Assembly: GCA_964016885.1 (NCBI GenBank)
Contig: OZ024741.1
Location: forward strand, 325,562,001-325,626,000
DNA: 64,000 nt
Direction: 5' to 3'
Origin: Eledone cirrhosa
Taxonomy: Eukaryota
The position numbers were made by a program, and so were the translations under genes. Below, one piece after another: positions 26,901-38,809 of this stretch (the stretch's first letter is position 1; every line of letters starts with the position of its first letter). The notes under the pieces were generated by a model, which saw nothing but the letters and a program-made list of their open reading frames with translations, was not told the origin of the DNA and did no database searches.

Positions 26901-28502
26901 TCTTGTCCTAGCCCGTCAGCATTCATCTCCTCAGTGGCCGTATCTCTGTTCCAGGTATTATTTATCTCAGTATTCAGATCATTGTCTGCTTCGGGTGGTT
27001 CCTCCGTTCTCAGGACCTCCTCACCTTCATTTCCCGCCGGCTCGCTTGTCTGGCATACTACACCCGCCATCTCCAAGCCATTCTCTCTGCTCAGTTCCTC
27101 CAGTTCCAGCTCGCTTATCCACCCATTAGTTCTTATTACCCGAGCCTGCCCGGCCAATTTTTGTTCATCTAATTTAAATAAACCAATCTCGTTCCAGATG
27201 TTATGCATCCGTCTCCTGTAGCCCCTCTCCTTGGGGTTACTTTTCAGGTAGCATTGCATAACAGTTCTATTCAATTCTTTCGTCCAGTTGGTTCTGGCCC
27301 CTTTCCTTCTTCTTCTTCCTCCAACATCAGCAGTATTTGGTTGACAGTCAGGTTCCTGCTGCTGAGCCAGGGGGCACCTGTTGGGTGAGAGTCTGTCACA
27401 TGACGTTCTAGTCTCCATTTCACCGTTATTCGAACTGTTTATGTTCGATATTTAAACACTCTTATCGAGGATTGGCGAATGTATGTTTACATAGCCATCT
27501 GTGGATCCGCCATCCCACTTGGCCCTTGTGTGGCATTATCACCACGCTGTATACGGACACACATAAACAAACAAACACACGGGCAGAAAGGGCCCCAAAA
27601 ATGAATAAGCATAAGTTTCATTGTAATGTAGTATTCGAATGTCTGACTTAGTTTTTGTTTTTTAAGTTTTACTTTTTCCCCCCTCTTCTCTGTCCGTCCG
27701 CCTGCTTCTCTCTTCATTCTTATTTTCTTTACGTTTTTGGGGTTTCTTTTTTTGTTTTTGTTTTTCTCTGTTTGTTTTTCTCGTTTTTGCTGTTGTTGCT
27801 GTGCTGCTTTGGTTTTGTTGTTTGTTTTTTCTTTTTTCTTTTGAGTCTATCTATATATTTTGATGCCTTCCTCTTATTAGTAGTAGGAATTCTATAATGT
27901 GGAAGTAGCAGCCAGCAGGGAGAAGTGGGAGACTGGCGGCGGTAGCGATACTGAGACAGTGGTGGTGGTGATGTCGATACCGAGGCAGTGGTGGCGGTGA
28001 TGTGACCGTATTACTGTAGTGATGGTGCTGTAGCGGTGGCAGTAGTGAAGGAGTCAAGGGGTGGTGGCGGCGGTGATGGGATAGTGGTGGTAATGATGGC
28101 CGTAGTGAGCGGTGGCGGTGAAGGTGAAAATGTCGTTATCTGGCTGTTGTGTTTAGTGTACACAGATGATGGGGTGGGTGGTGTATCTAGTTTCTGGTGT
28201 TGGTGAGTTTAGCTGTCCTATATAGTGTAGCCAGAGGAGAGGAGGGGGGGGGGGGTTCTTCTTCTTCCATTTATAGCCATTTTCTTTTTTGGATATACAG
28301 TGTACAATACAAAGTTGAATATTTGAATATTTGAGCCTTATAACAATATATTTTGGGTCCGAATTTTTTGGGGCTCAAGCCGGGTGCTTTACGTAGCATT
28401 TGTACTAAGAGTTGTTATTTCACAAATGATTTAAATATGTTAAAAATTCAAAACTTACGGGAGCGATTTCATGACCTCCGTCACCTCGTGCGTCTTCTTC
28501 CC
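23898..28502 (-). mobile_element. R4/Dong copy D, full length with intact ORF
   Basis: Collinear with copy A at an offset of ~7220 bp. Confidence 0.92.
24026..27418 (-). CDS. Non-LTR retrotransposon protein, 1130 aa (Myb-like N-terminus, reverse transcriptase, CCHC knuckle, RLE endonuclease), R4 clade
   Basis: WTKELN...CY, KSPGPDG, NYRPITCL, IDYRKAFD, GIFQGDSLSP, LFMDDLKL, CRIC...HIVSEC, NRPDLVV...IVDVACP. Confidence 0.93.
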   Translation of the reverse strand: METRTSCDRLSPNRCPLAQQQEPDCQPNTADVGGRRRRKGARTNWTKELNRTVMQCYLKSNPKERGYRRRMHNIWNEIGLFKLDEQKLAGQARVIRTNGWISELELEELSRENGLEMAGVVCQTSEPAGNEGEEVLRTEEPPEADNDLNTEINNTWNRDTATEEMNADGLGQDSVDILNLVVDELNNDSGRPMNLRFVDRKKLKETTAKVNKVIPYLEARRLHQCNNILKATANTVRKLLGIKARGNNRQERAEPWWKKRLSGQIGEMRNDIGKLESLLNGTLKNIGTKNRLEIKYKTRSKKLNIIIEELKQRIVARSAKIRRYENRVSQYKQNRMFDNNQKMLFGQLEGKERGNDLIPGAEQAKTFWRGIWEQDVRHNAQAGWIETVQREIGEQAQQQTDLSITVETLKGQAKKLTNWKSPGPDGVQGYWIKHLTSLHPKLTAMFNDCLVSGEVPEWLTKGTTVLIMKDRIKGNDVTNYRPITCLPVMWKLLTSIVSEEIYHHLHTNNLLPDEQKGCRKKSRGTKDQLLIDKMVMGNCRRRHTDLAMGWIDYRKAFDMVPHSWITKSLEIFGVADNIRQLLGRSMGSWETELTSTGVSLGSVKIKRGIFQGDSLSPLLFVLALMPLTIMLRKVRAGYKLGRGELTINHLLFMDDLKLFGKSEKELDVLVDTVRIFSSDICMQFGIGKCGVIVMRRGRLSRSNGIQIPTGEMIKEIDSEEGYKYLGVLEADGIKNKKMKELLRTEYIRRVRSVLKSHLNSRNAISAVNSRAVSIIRYSAGILRWNVAEQKEMDRKTRKLLTIYNMFHKRSDVDRLYLRRSEGGRGLISIEDCVQMEKNNLYKYVTYSKEPMLRAVLKEGTVGQGIPKEEITSRRKSSLKGKSLHSTFFEKTEFRDPQTWNWLRRGDLKKATEGMLMAAQEQALKTKWLKHHIYKEEASPLCRICGEREETVAHIVSECKHLAQTHYKGWRHDVMGRVIHWHLCKVNNLPHSEKWYEHRPEAVMENSQVKVLWDFRIQTDKKLEHNRPDLVVVDKEKRSCLIVDVACPFDTRVQEKEREKINRYQDLKWEVKRIWNCHEVKVIPIVIGALGTISKGFQGWLKKIGPFTLFGTLQKACLLGTARTLRYVLNI

Positions 28503-28519
28503 TTATTATTATTATTATT

Positions 28520-28698
28520 TGGATTGGCAGTATCGGTAGAGGGTCGGACGCCATGCTTTCCAGCATAGTTACGTCCCTTTACGATCTGAGTTCAAATCCC
28601 GCCGAGGTTGACTTTGCCTTTCATCCTTACGGGGTCGATAAAATAAAGTACCAGTAATGCACTGGGTGATTGCTGGCCTTGTGCCTAAAGTAGAAACA

Positions 28699-28700
<2 letters not shown>
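28520..28700 (+). mobile_element. tRNA-derived SINE, duplicate of 21298-21478
   Basis: Same sequence and same context. Confidence 0.9.
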
Positions 28701-28737
<37 letters not shown>

Positions 28738-29906
28738 GTTATTGTTATTCCTTGAATCTCAGTTATTGATGTTGGTTAACTGGAAAGTCCGTTGGATTGA
28801 ATATCAAGCCACTACCTGCAGCCTCAGATATTCAGGACGTATCGGAGGGTTCTTGCTGTTCCAAGCAAGCATGCCTTTTGAAGCGTTCCAAAAAGCGTGA
28901 AGGGGCCGATTTTCTTTAACCATCCCTGGAAACCTTTGGAGATAGTCCCCAGTGCGCCTATGACAATCGGGATCACTTTGACTTCATGGCAGTTCCAAAT
29001 CCTTTTCACCTCCCACTTTAGGTCCTGGTATCGGTTCATTTTCTCCCTCTCCTTCTCTTGCACTCTCGTGTCGAACGGGCAGGCCACATCCACAATCAGG
29101 CACGATCTTTTTTCTTTGTCCACAACCACCAGGTCAGGTCTATTGTGTTCCAGTTTTTTGTCCGTCTGTATCCTAAAATCCCACAGCACCTTCACCTGAT
29201 TGTTCTCCATCACCGCCTCTGGCCTATGCTCATACCATTTCTCAGAATGTGGTAGATTGTTTACTTTGCACAGGTGCCAGTGGATCACCCTGCCCATCAC
29301 ATCGTGTCTCCAGCCCTTATAGTGGGTCTGGGCTAGGTGTTTACACTCGGACACAATGTGAGCCACAGTCTCCTCTCTCTCTCCACAGATCCTGCACAGT
29401 GGGCTAGCCTCCTCCTTGTAGATATGGTGCTTCAACCACTTCGTTTTGAGGGCCTGCTCCTGCGCAGCCATTAGCATTCCTTCTGTAGCCTTTTTGAGGT
29501 CTCCTCTTCTCAACCAGTTCCATGTCTGTGGATCTCTAAATTCAGTTTTCTCAAAGAAGGTACTATGAAGGGATTTTCCCTTAAGGCTGCTCTTCCTCCT
29601 TGATGTTATTTCCTCCTTGGACATCCCCTGGCCTACTGTCCCCTCCTTCAGTACAGTTCTGAGCATTGGCTCCTTACTATAGGTCACGTATTTGTATAGG
29701 TTGTTTTTCTCCATCTGAACACAGTCCTCTATGCTGATAAGACCTCTTCCACCCTCAGATCTCCTTAGGTAGAGTCTATCGACATCACTCCTCTTGTGGA
29801 ACATGTTGTAGATAGTCAATAGCTTCCTAGTCTTCCTATCCATTTCTTTTTGTTCAGCAACATTCCATCTCAGAATTCCCGCACTGTACCTAATAATAGA
29901 CACAGC

Positions 29907-29907
<1 letters not shown>
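28701..29907 (-). mobile_element. R4/Dong copy E, 5'-truncated, duplicate of B
   Basis: Same breakpoint; shares the B-specific 3' UTR variant CTCAGTTATTG; one amino-acid difference (KINR vs KMNR). Confidence 0.92.
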
Positions 29908-29949
<42 letters not shown>

Positions 29950-32900
29950 GTTATTGTTATTCCTTGAATCTCAGTCATTGATGTTGGTTAACTGGAAAGT
30001 CCGTTGGATTGAATATCAAGCCACTACCTGCAGCCTCAGATATTCAGGACGTATCGGAGGGTTCTTGCCGTTCCAAGCAAGCATGCCTTTTGAAGCGTTC
30101 CAAAAAGCGTGAAGGGGCCGATTTTCTTTAACCATCCCTGAAAACCTTTGGAGATAGTCCCCAGTGCGCCTATGACAATCGGGATCACTTTGACTTCATG
30201 GCAGTTCCAAATCCTTTTCACCTCCCACTTTAGGTCCTGGTATCGGTTAATTTTCTCCCTCTCCTTCTCTTGCACTCTCGTGTCGAACGGGCAGGCCACA
30301 TCCACAATCAGGCACGATCTTTTTTCTTTGTCCACAACCACCAGGTCAGGTCTATTGTGTTCCAGTTTTTTGTCCGTCTGTATCCTAAAATCCCACAGCA
30401 CCTTCACCTGACTGTTCTCCATCACCGCCTCTGGCCTATGCTCATACCATTTCTCAGAATGTGGTAGATTGTTTACTTTGCACAGGTGCCAGTGGATCAC
30501 CCTGCCCATCACATCGTGTCTCCAGCCCTTATAGTGGGTCTGGGCTAGGTGTTTACACTCGGACACAATGTGAGCCACAGTCTCCTCTCTCTCTCCACAG
30601 ATCCTGCACAGTGGGCTAGCCTCCTCCTTGTAGATATGGTGCTTCAACCACTTCGTTTTGAGGGCCTGCTCCTGCGCAGCCATTAGCATTCCTTCTGTAG
30701 CCTTTTTGAGGTCTCCTCTTCTCAACCAGTTCCATGTCTGTGGATCTCTAAATTCAGTTTTCTCAAAGAAGGTACTATGAAGGGATTTTCCCTTAAGGCT
30801 GCTCTTCCTCCTTGATGTTATTTCCTCCTTGGGTATCCCCTGGCCTACTGTCCCCTCCTTCAGTACAGCTCTGAGCATTGGCTCCTTACTATAGGTCACG
30901 TATTTGTATAGGTTGTTTTTCTCCATCTGAACACAGTCCTCTATGCTGATAAGACCTCTTCCACCCTCAGATCTCCTTAGGTAGAGTCTATCGACATCAC
31001 TCCTCTTGTGGAACATGTTGTAGATAGTCAATAGCTTCCTAGTCTTCCTATCCATTTCTTTTTGTTCAGCAACATTCCATCTCAGAATTCCCGCACTGTA
31101 CCTAATAATAGACACAGCTCGGGAATTTACTGCGCTTATGGCATTTCTGCTGTTCAGATGTGACTTCAATACGCTCCTTACTCTCCGAATGTATTCAGTT
31201 CTTAACAATTCCTTCATTTTTTTGTTCTTTATGCCATCAGCCTCCAGAACGCCCAAATACTTGTATCCTTCCTCAGAGTCAATTTCCTTTATCATCTCAC
31301 CTGTTGGTATCTGGATCCCGTTACTTCTGCTCAACCTACCCCTCCTCATCACAATGACTCCACATTTACCAATACCAAACTGCATACATATATCACTGCT
31401 GAAAATACGGACAGTGTCAACAAGCACATCCAACTCCTTCTCACTTTTCCCGAAGAGCTTAAGATCGTCCATGAAGAGGAGGTGATTGATGGTAAGCTCT
31501 CCCCTTCCCAACTTGTATCCTGCTCTCACTTTTCGCAGCATAATGGTCAAGGGCATCAGGGCAAGGACAAACAACAGAGGGGACAGGCTATCTCCCTGGA
31601 AGATACCTCTCTTGATCTTCACGCTTCCCAAGGATACTCCAGTTGATGTCAACTCTGTCTCCCAGGACCCCATACTCCTGCCCAGCAACTGTCTGATGTT
31701 ATCTGCCACCCCGAAGATCTCCAGGCTTTTGGTGATCCAGGAATGAGGCACCATGTCAAATGCCTTTCTGTAGTCTATCCATCCCATGGCAAGATCAGTG
31801 TGTCTCCTCCTGCAATTCCCCATTACCATCTTATCAATAAGCAACTGGTCCTTTGTACCACGTGACTTCTTTCGGTATCCTTTCTGTTCGTCCGGCAACA
31901 AGTTGTTTGTGTGGAGGTGATGGTAGATTTCCTCAGACACAATGCTCGTCAACAGTTTCCACATTACGGGCAGACATGTGATAGGTCTATAGTTGGTAAC
32001 ATCATTACCCTTGATTCGGTCTTTCATTATCAGAACTGTGGTACCTTTTGTCAACCACTCTGGCACCTCACCCGACACCAAGCAGTCATTGAACATGGCC
32101 GTCAGCTTCGGGTGGAGGGATGTTAAATGTTTAATCCAATACCCCTGCACACCATCTGGGCCTGGTGATTTCCAGTTGGTTAGTTTTTTGGCTTGCCCCT
32201 TAAGAGTTTCAACTGTGATACTCAAATCAGTCTGTTGCTGTGCCTGCTCACCGATCTCCCTCTGTACTGTCTCAATCCACCCTGCCTGGGCATTGTGTCT
32301 AACATCCTGCTCCCATATTCCTCTCCAGAATGTTTTAGCTTGTTCCGCCCCAGGGATCAAGTCGTTGCCTCTTTCTTTCCCCTCAAGCTGTCCAAACAGC
32401 ATCTTCTGGTTGTTGTCGAACATGCGGTTCTGTTTATACTGACTGACTCTGTTCTCGTATCGCCTAATTTTGGCACTCCTTGCTACAATGCGTTGCTTCA
32501 ATTCCTCTATGATAATATTTAGCTTTTTACTCCTAGTTTTGTATTTTATTTCCAGTCTATTTTTAGTGCCTATGTTTTTTAGTGTCCCATTCAGTAGTGA
32601 CTCAAGCTTTCCTATGTCATTTCTCATTTCCCCGATTTGCCCACTCAGTCGCTTCTTCCACCACGGCTCTGCTCTTTCTTGTCTGTTGTTTCCTCTCGCT
32701 TTTATACCAAGTAGTTTCCTCACCGTATTTGCTGTTGCTTTGAGGATATTGTTGCACTGGTGAAGTCTCCTCGCCTCAAGGTATGGGATGACTTTGTTTA
32801 CCTTAGCTGTTGTTTCTTTTAACTTTTTCCTGTCTACAAATCTTAGGTTCATAGGTCTCCCACTATCATTGTTCAACTCATCTACCACTAAATTTAGGAT

Positions 32901-33779
32901 GTCAACCGAATCTTGTCCTAGCCCGTCAGCATTCATCTCCTCAGTGGCCGTATCTCTGTTCCAGGTATTATTTATCTCAGTATTCAGATCATTGTCTGCT
33001 TCGGGTGGTTCCTCCGTTCTCAGGACCTCCTCACCTTCATTTCCCGCCGGCTCGCTTGTCTGGCATACTACACCCGCCATCTCCAAGCCATTCTCTCTGC
33101 TCAGTTCCTCCAGTTCCAGCTCGCTTATCCACCCATTAGTTCTTATTACCCGAGCCTGCCCGGCCAATTTTTGTTCATCTAATTTAAATAAACCAATCTC
33201 GTTCCAGATGTTATGCATCCGTCTCCTGTAGCCCCTCTCCTTGGGGTTACTTTTCAGGTAGCATTGCATAACAGTTCTATTCAATTCTTTCGTCCAGTTG
33301 GTTCTGGCCCCTTTCCTTCTTCTTCTTCCTCCAACATCAGCAGTATTTGGTTGACAGTCAGGTTCCTGCTGCTGAGCCAGGGGGCACCTGTTGGGTGAGA
33401 GTCTGTCACATGACGTTCTAGTCTCCATTTCACCGTTATTCGAACTGTTTATGTTCGATATTTAAACACTCTTATCGAGGATTGGCGAATGTATGTTTAC
33501 ATAGCCATCTGTGGATCCGCCATCCCACTTGGCCCTTGTGTGGCATTATCACCACGCTGTATACGGACACACATAAACAAACAAACACACGGGCAGAAAG
33601 GGCCCCAAAAATGAATAAGCATAAGTTTCATTGTAATGTAGTATTCGAATGTCTGACTTAGTTTTTGTTTTTTAAGTTTTACTTTTTCCCCCCTCTTCTC
33701 TGTCCGTCCGCCTGCTTCTCTCTTCATTCTTATTTTCTTTACGTTTTTGGGGTTTCTTTTTTTTTTTTTTTTGTTTTTC
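29908..33779 (-). mobile_element. R4/Dong copy F, intact ORF, truncated within the 5' UTR
   Basis: 5' UTR stops in a T-run at ~33779, followed by ~95 bp of (TTA)n. Confidence 0.92.
30036..33428 (-). CDS. Non-LTR retrotransposon protein, 1130 aa, R4 clade
   Basis: Matches 24026-27418 except QKGC>QKGY. Confidence 0.93.
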   Translation of the reverse strand: METRTSCDRLSPNRCPLAQQQEPDCQPNTADVGGRRRRKGARTNWTKELNRTVMQCYLKSNPKERGYRRRMHNIWNEIGLFKLDEQKLAGQARVIRTNGWISELELEELSRENGLEMAGVVCQTSEPAGNEGEEVLRTEEPPEADNDLNTEINNTWNRDTATEEMNADGLGQDSVDILNLVVDELNNDSGRPMNLRFVDRKKLKETTAKVNKVIPYLEARRLHQCNNILKATANTVRKLLGIKARGNNRQERAEPWWKKRLSGQIGEMRNDIGKLESLLNGTLKNIGTKNRLEIKYKTRSKKLNIIIEELKQRIVARSAKIRRYENRVSQYKQNRMFDNNQKMLFGQLEGKERGNDLIPGAEQAKTFWRGIWEQDVRHNAQAGWIETVQREIGEQAQQQTDLSITVETLKGQAKKLTNWKSPGPDGVQGYWIKHLTSLHPKLTAMFNDCLVSGEVPEWLTKGTTVLIMKDRIKGNDVTNYRPITCLPVMWKLLTSIVSEEIYHHLHTNNLLPDEQKGYRKKSRGTKDQLLIDKMVMGNCRRRHTDLAMGWIDYRKAFDMVPHSWITKSLEIFGVADNIRQLLGRSMGSWETELTSTGVSLGSVKIKRGIFQGDSLSPLLFVLALMPLTIMLRKVRAGYKLGRGELTINHLLFMDDLKLFGKSEKELDVLVDTVRIFSSDICMQFGIGKCGVIVMRRGRLSRSNGIQIPTGEMIKEIDSEEGYKYLGVLEADGIKNKKMKELLRTEYIRRVRSVLKSHLNSRNAISAVNSRAVSIIRYSAGILRWNVAEQKEMDRKTRKLLTIYNMFHKRSDVDRLYLRRSEGGRGLISIEDCVQMEKNNLYKYVTYSKEPMLRAVLKEGTVGQGIPKEEITSRRKSSLKGKSLHSTFFEKTEFRDPQTWNWLRRGDLKKATEGMLMAAQEQALKTKWLKHHIYKEEASPLCRICGEREETVAHIVSECKHLAQTHYKGWRHDVMGRVIHWHLCKVNNLPHSEKWYEHRPEAVMENSQVKVLWDFRIQTDKKLEHNRPDLVVVDKEKRSCLIVDVACPFDTRVQEKEREKINRYQDLKWEVKRIWNCHEVKVIPIVIGALGTISKGFQGWLKKIGPFTLFGTLQKACLLGTARTLRYVLNI

Positions 33780-33874
<95 letters not shown>

Positions 33875-33877
<3 letters not shown>

Positions 33878-34308
33878 TTTATAACTATCGTTAAATGCTC
33901 TATTTGTTTTTGTGTGCCCTAATGTGCCTCTGCCTCTTGTGAGAAAATCTGCCTATATCCTCATATGTAGCTGTAATGTTGATTAACAACCCCATTACGC
34001 ATTCTCTCCATCCTTTCCATTTCCGATCTCCCCATTATTATCCTGTACTGTATATCTAATATTCGTGTGACAAAGCTTGGTAGAGATTATACTCAGTATT
34101 ATATTTTTGTTTATAAAGCTCTGATGATTCCTGCCCCATGGTATGGATGAAACACTGTCAGCAAATAAAAATTGTATGAGTATGTAGGCGTTCTTTGATG
34201 TCTTTTACATATAACGGCTCTGTTCTTGTACATTGAGCTAATACAATACTGTCACAAATACGACACGGTGCAGGTGCGTTTATGCACATACGCTCCGTTG
34301 TCTAAGTA
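33875..34308 (+). mobile_element. 3' part of the interrupted HHR-bearing repeat
   Basis: 33875-34212 is the reverse complement of ~13936-14268; ends in (TA)n. Confidence 0.85.
34118..34162 (+). ncRNA. Minimal hammerhead ribozyme
   Basis: GCT-CTGATGA-TTCC...GGAT-GAAAC-ACT-GTC-AGC followed by AATAAA. Confidence 0.78.
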
Positions 34309-34321
34309 TATATATATATAT

Positions 34322-34444
34322 AGTATAAAAGAGAAAACACAGGTAAGCATTAAGAGTAGGATTTTATCCAGGTATTTACGACGGTCGTAAATACCTGGAT
34401 AAAATCCTTCTCTTAATGCTTACCTGTGTTTTCTCTTTTATACT
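34322..34444. repeat. Near-perfect palindrome, 61-bp arms, 1-nt loop
   Basis: Centre TTTACGAC-G-GTCGTAAA at 34383; one mismatch between arms. Confidence 0.95.
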
Positions 34445-34635
34445 TTATACTCCAAGATTGAACGGAATTCTTACAAACTTGTGGAGTTACCCCTAACCGT
34501 ACGTTGAAACCATCCATGAAACTGGCTTTCTTAACCAAAAACTGTATCAAAATAAGCAATTTTTTGCTTCTCTAACTATATATAGAAACATTGTTTACTA
34601 ACATTATACAATGCTCGAGAATCCTTGCTCAATAA

Positions 34636-36060
<1,425 letters not shown>

Positions 36061-36214
36061 AACATGAGAGGGGAGTGTGGTGGACAGGAGAGTGAAGCTG
36101 TGAGCTATGTTAAGTTTAATGACTTTCTAAAGAGATTGTCAGCTGTCTCAATTGAAATATCCATCTTCTACATCTGTTGAAATTTGCCTAAATCTACTTA
36201 AATTCTATTATTTC

Positions 36215-37290
36215 ACTGTCGTCATAGTCACCGCCGTCGGATTGGTCATAGTCACCGCCGTCGTGTTGGTCACAGTCACCGCCGCCGAGTTGGTCATACT
36301 CACCGCCGTCGGGTTGGTCATACTCACCGCCGTCGGATTGGTCATAGTCACCGCCATCGTGTTGGTCACAGTCACCGCCGTCGGGTTGGTCATACTCACC
36401 GCCGTCGGATTGGTCATAGTCACTGCCGTCGTGTTGGTCACAGTCACCGCCGTCGGGTTGGTCATACTCACCGCCGTCGGGTTGGTCATAGTCACCGCCG
36501 TCGGGTTGGTCATAGTCACCGCCGTCGGGTTGGTAATAGTCACCGCCGTCGTGTTGGTCACAGTCATCACCGTCGGGTTGGTCATACTCACCGCCGTCGG
36601 ATTGGTCATAGTCATCGCCGTCGTGTTGGTCACAGTCACCGCCGTCGGGTTGGTCATAGTCACCGCCGTCGGGTTGGTCATACTCACCGCCGTCGGATTG
36701 GTCATAGTCATCGCCGTCGTGTTGGTCACAGTCACCGCCGTCTGGTTGGTCATACTCACCGCCGTCGGGTTGGTCATAGTTACCGCCGTCGTGTTGGTCA
36801 TAGTCACCGCCGTCGGGTTGGTCATAGTCACCGCCGTCGTGTTGGTCACAGTCACCACCGTTGATTTGATCACAGTCGCCACCGTCGTGTCGGTCACAGT
36901 TGCCGCCGTCGTGTCGGTCACAGTTGCCGCCGTCGTATTGGTCATAGTTATCGCCGTAGGGTTGGTCATAGTCACCGCCGTCGTGTTGGTTACAGTCACC
37001 ACCATCAGGTTGGTCATATTCATAGTAACCGCCGTCGGGTTGTTCATAGTCATAGTAACCGCCGTAGGGTTGGTCATAGTCGCCACCGTCGTGTTGCTTA
37101 CAGTCACCACCGTCAGGTTGGTCATAGTCATAGTAACCACCGTCGGGCTAGTCATAGTCATAGTAACCGCCGTCGGGCTAGTCATAGTCATAGTAACCAC
37201 CGTCGGGCTAGTCATAGTCATAGTAACCGCCGTCGGGATGGTCATAGTCAACACCGTAGGGATGGTTATAGTAACCGCCGCTGTCGTTGT
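36215..37290. repeat. 24-bp minisatellite (GTCACCGCCGTCGGGTTGGTCATA) grading into 30-bp units
   Basis: 8-aa periodicity in the overlapping ORFs on both strands. Confidence 0.95.
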
Positions 37291-37297
37291 CATTATT

Positions 37298-37516
37298 GGT
37301 GGATTGGCAGTATCGGTACAGTGTCGGACAACATGATTTGCGGCATATTGTTGTGGCCCTTTACGTTCTGAGTTCAATCCCGCCGAGGTTAGCTTTGTCT
37401 TTTATGCTTACGGGTTCGATAAAACAAAGCACCAGTAATGCCCTGAGTAGATTTAATCGACTTTCTCCTTCCTCCAAAATTTGTTGGCCTTGCGTCTAAA
37501 TCAGAAACCATTATTT
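37298..37516 (+). mobile_element. tRNA-derived SINE
   Basis: A box TGGCAGTATCGG, B box GAGTTCAATCC, family core. Confidence 0.85.
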
Positions 37517-38809
37517 TTGTCCCTGTTTAACCCAAAGTAAGTCCAGAACGAATTGACCTAGTCAAAAACTTATTAGATACTGACTATCCTCCCTATACGC
37601 GTATCAAGGACTACATTGTTCTATGAGTCCTTTCATACAAAAGATAGTACGGTCACGTGACAAGATCTGATGGATTAGTCAAGACTATCCTCCAGGGAAT
37701 AATTCGGGGTAAAAGAAGGACGTTCGAAGGAAAACAAAATGTGCAGATAACAACAGTTTGGAAGGATTTAGTTATATAACTAAATTTCTCATTATTAAGC
37801 AATTGTTTGGAGCATAACTTAACATTCGAATAGAAGTTGTATTCACCTTTTCTCTTTCATTTAGTCTGTATGACATTCAGTGCAGTAATATATTAACAAC
37901 ACCTACCAAAAGACCACGATATATAACAATAACAATAACAACAATCATCAACTTGAGCCAATAAACTGACCTTAGTTATATAACTAAATCCCTCAAAATC
38001 ATTGATTATTTTCTAAATTATTTGAACATTATAGGGGGTGTGCTTTATTAGAAATATAGGTTATGCGTAAATCTTATCTTAAGGAAATAGTAAATCAAAT
38101 TTAGATAAATTTTCCTCTGGCTTATATAATGTTCTAACTTTAAAGATGCAGCGTTATGGTTACCTCAGCCAATTAAAGGTTACGTTTGAAATTTTACTTC
38201 TTAACTTACAAAGGTGGAGCCATATAACTGCCTAATACAATTAACACCCCATCTATCTCACTACTTCGACGTTTATTGTTTCAGAATCAACATTCTATTT
38301 TAAATCTTTCAACTTCAGACTCTTAACCTTCTTCTATGCACATGAAAAGAAAACTACCAAAGATATTAACCACGTATTGATAGGATACACTAAAAATGTC
38401 AATGAGATATCGTTTTATTTATTCGGCTTAATAGAGTGGCAAAGCAAGTATACAACGAACTTGGTTGAACATATTTATTTTTTCTATTCTTGTTTTGAGA
38501 CAGATCTCATGTCACCACCACAAATAAAATCAACTCTATCCAATCCCCGACCTCACTAATAGGAATAAGAATCAGCCACACATTAACTGAGGAGACAAAC
38601 ATGTGATAAATCCAGCGTCAGATGATAATAAATGTCCGTTGATATTAACCATATATTTACCAGCTTTGTAAATGTTAGCGAGGTAAACATTTCTTATATG
38701 ATCATAGTCAAGTAAATTCACGATAGATTTTCTTGGCAGACATATTGACTAAACTGAAAATATAAAAATAATATACTTATATTAGATTATATAGCATATG
38801 TGTCACAGT

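Noticed and set aside
16879-33398. Numerous plus-strand ORFs over the array
   Set aside because: Antisense shadows of the retrotransposon ORF, repeated in each copy
36215-37290. CRISPR-like regularity (also 53441-54040)
   Set aside because: Contiguous degenerate units with no unique spacers, no cas genes, eukaryotic context
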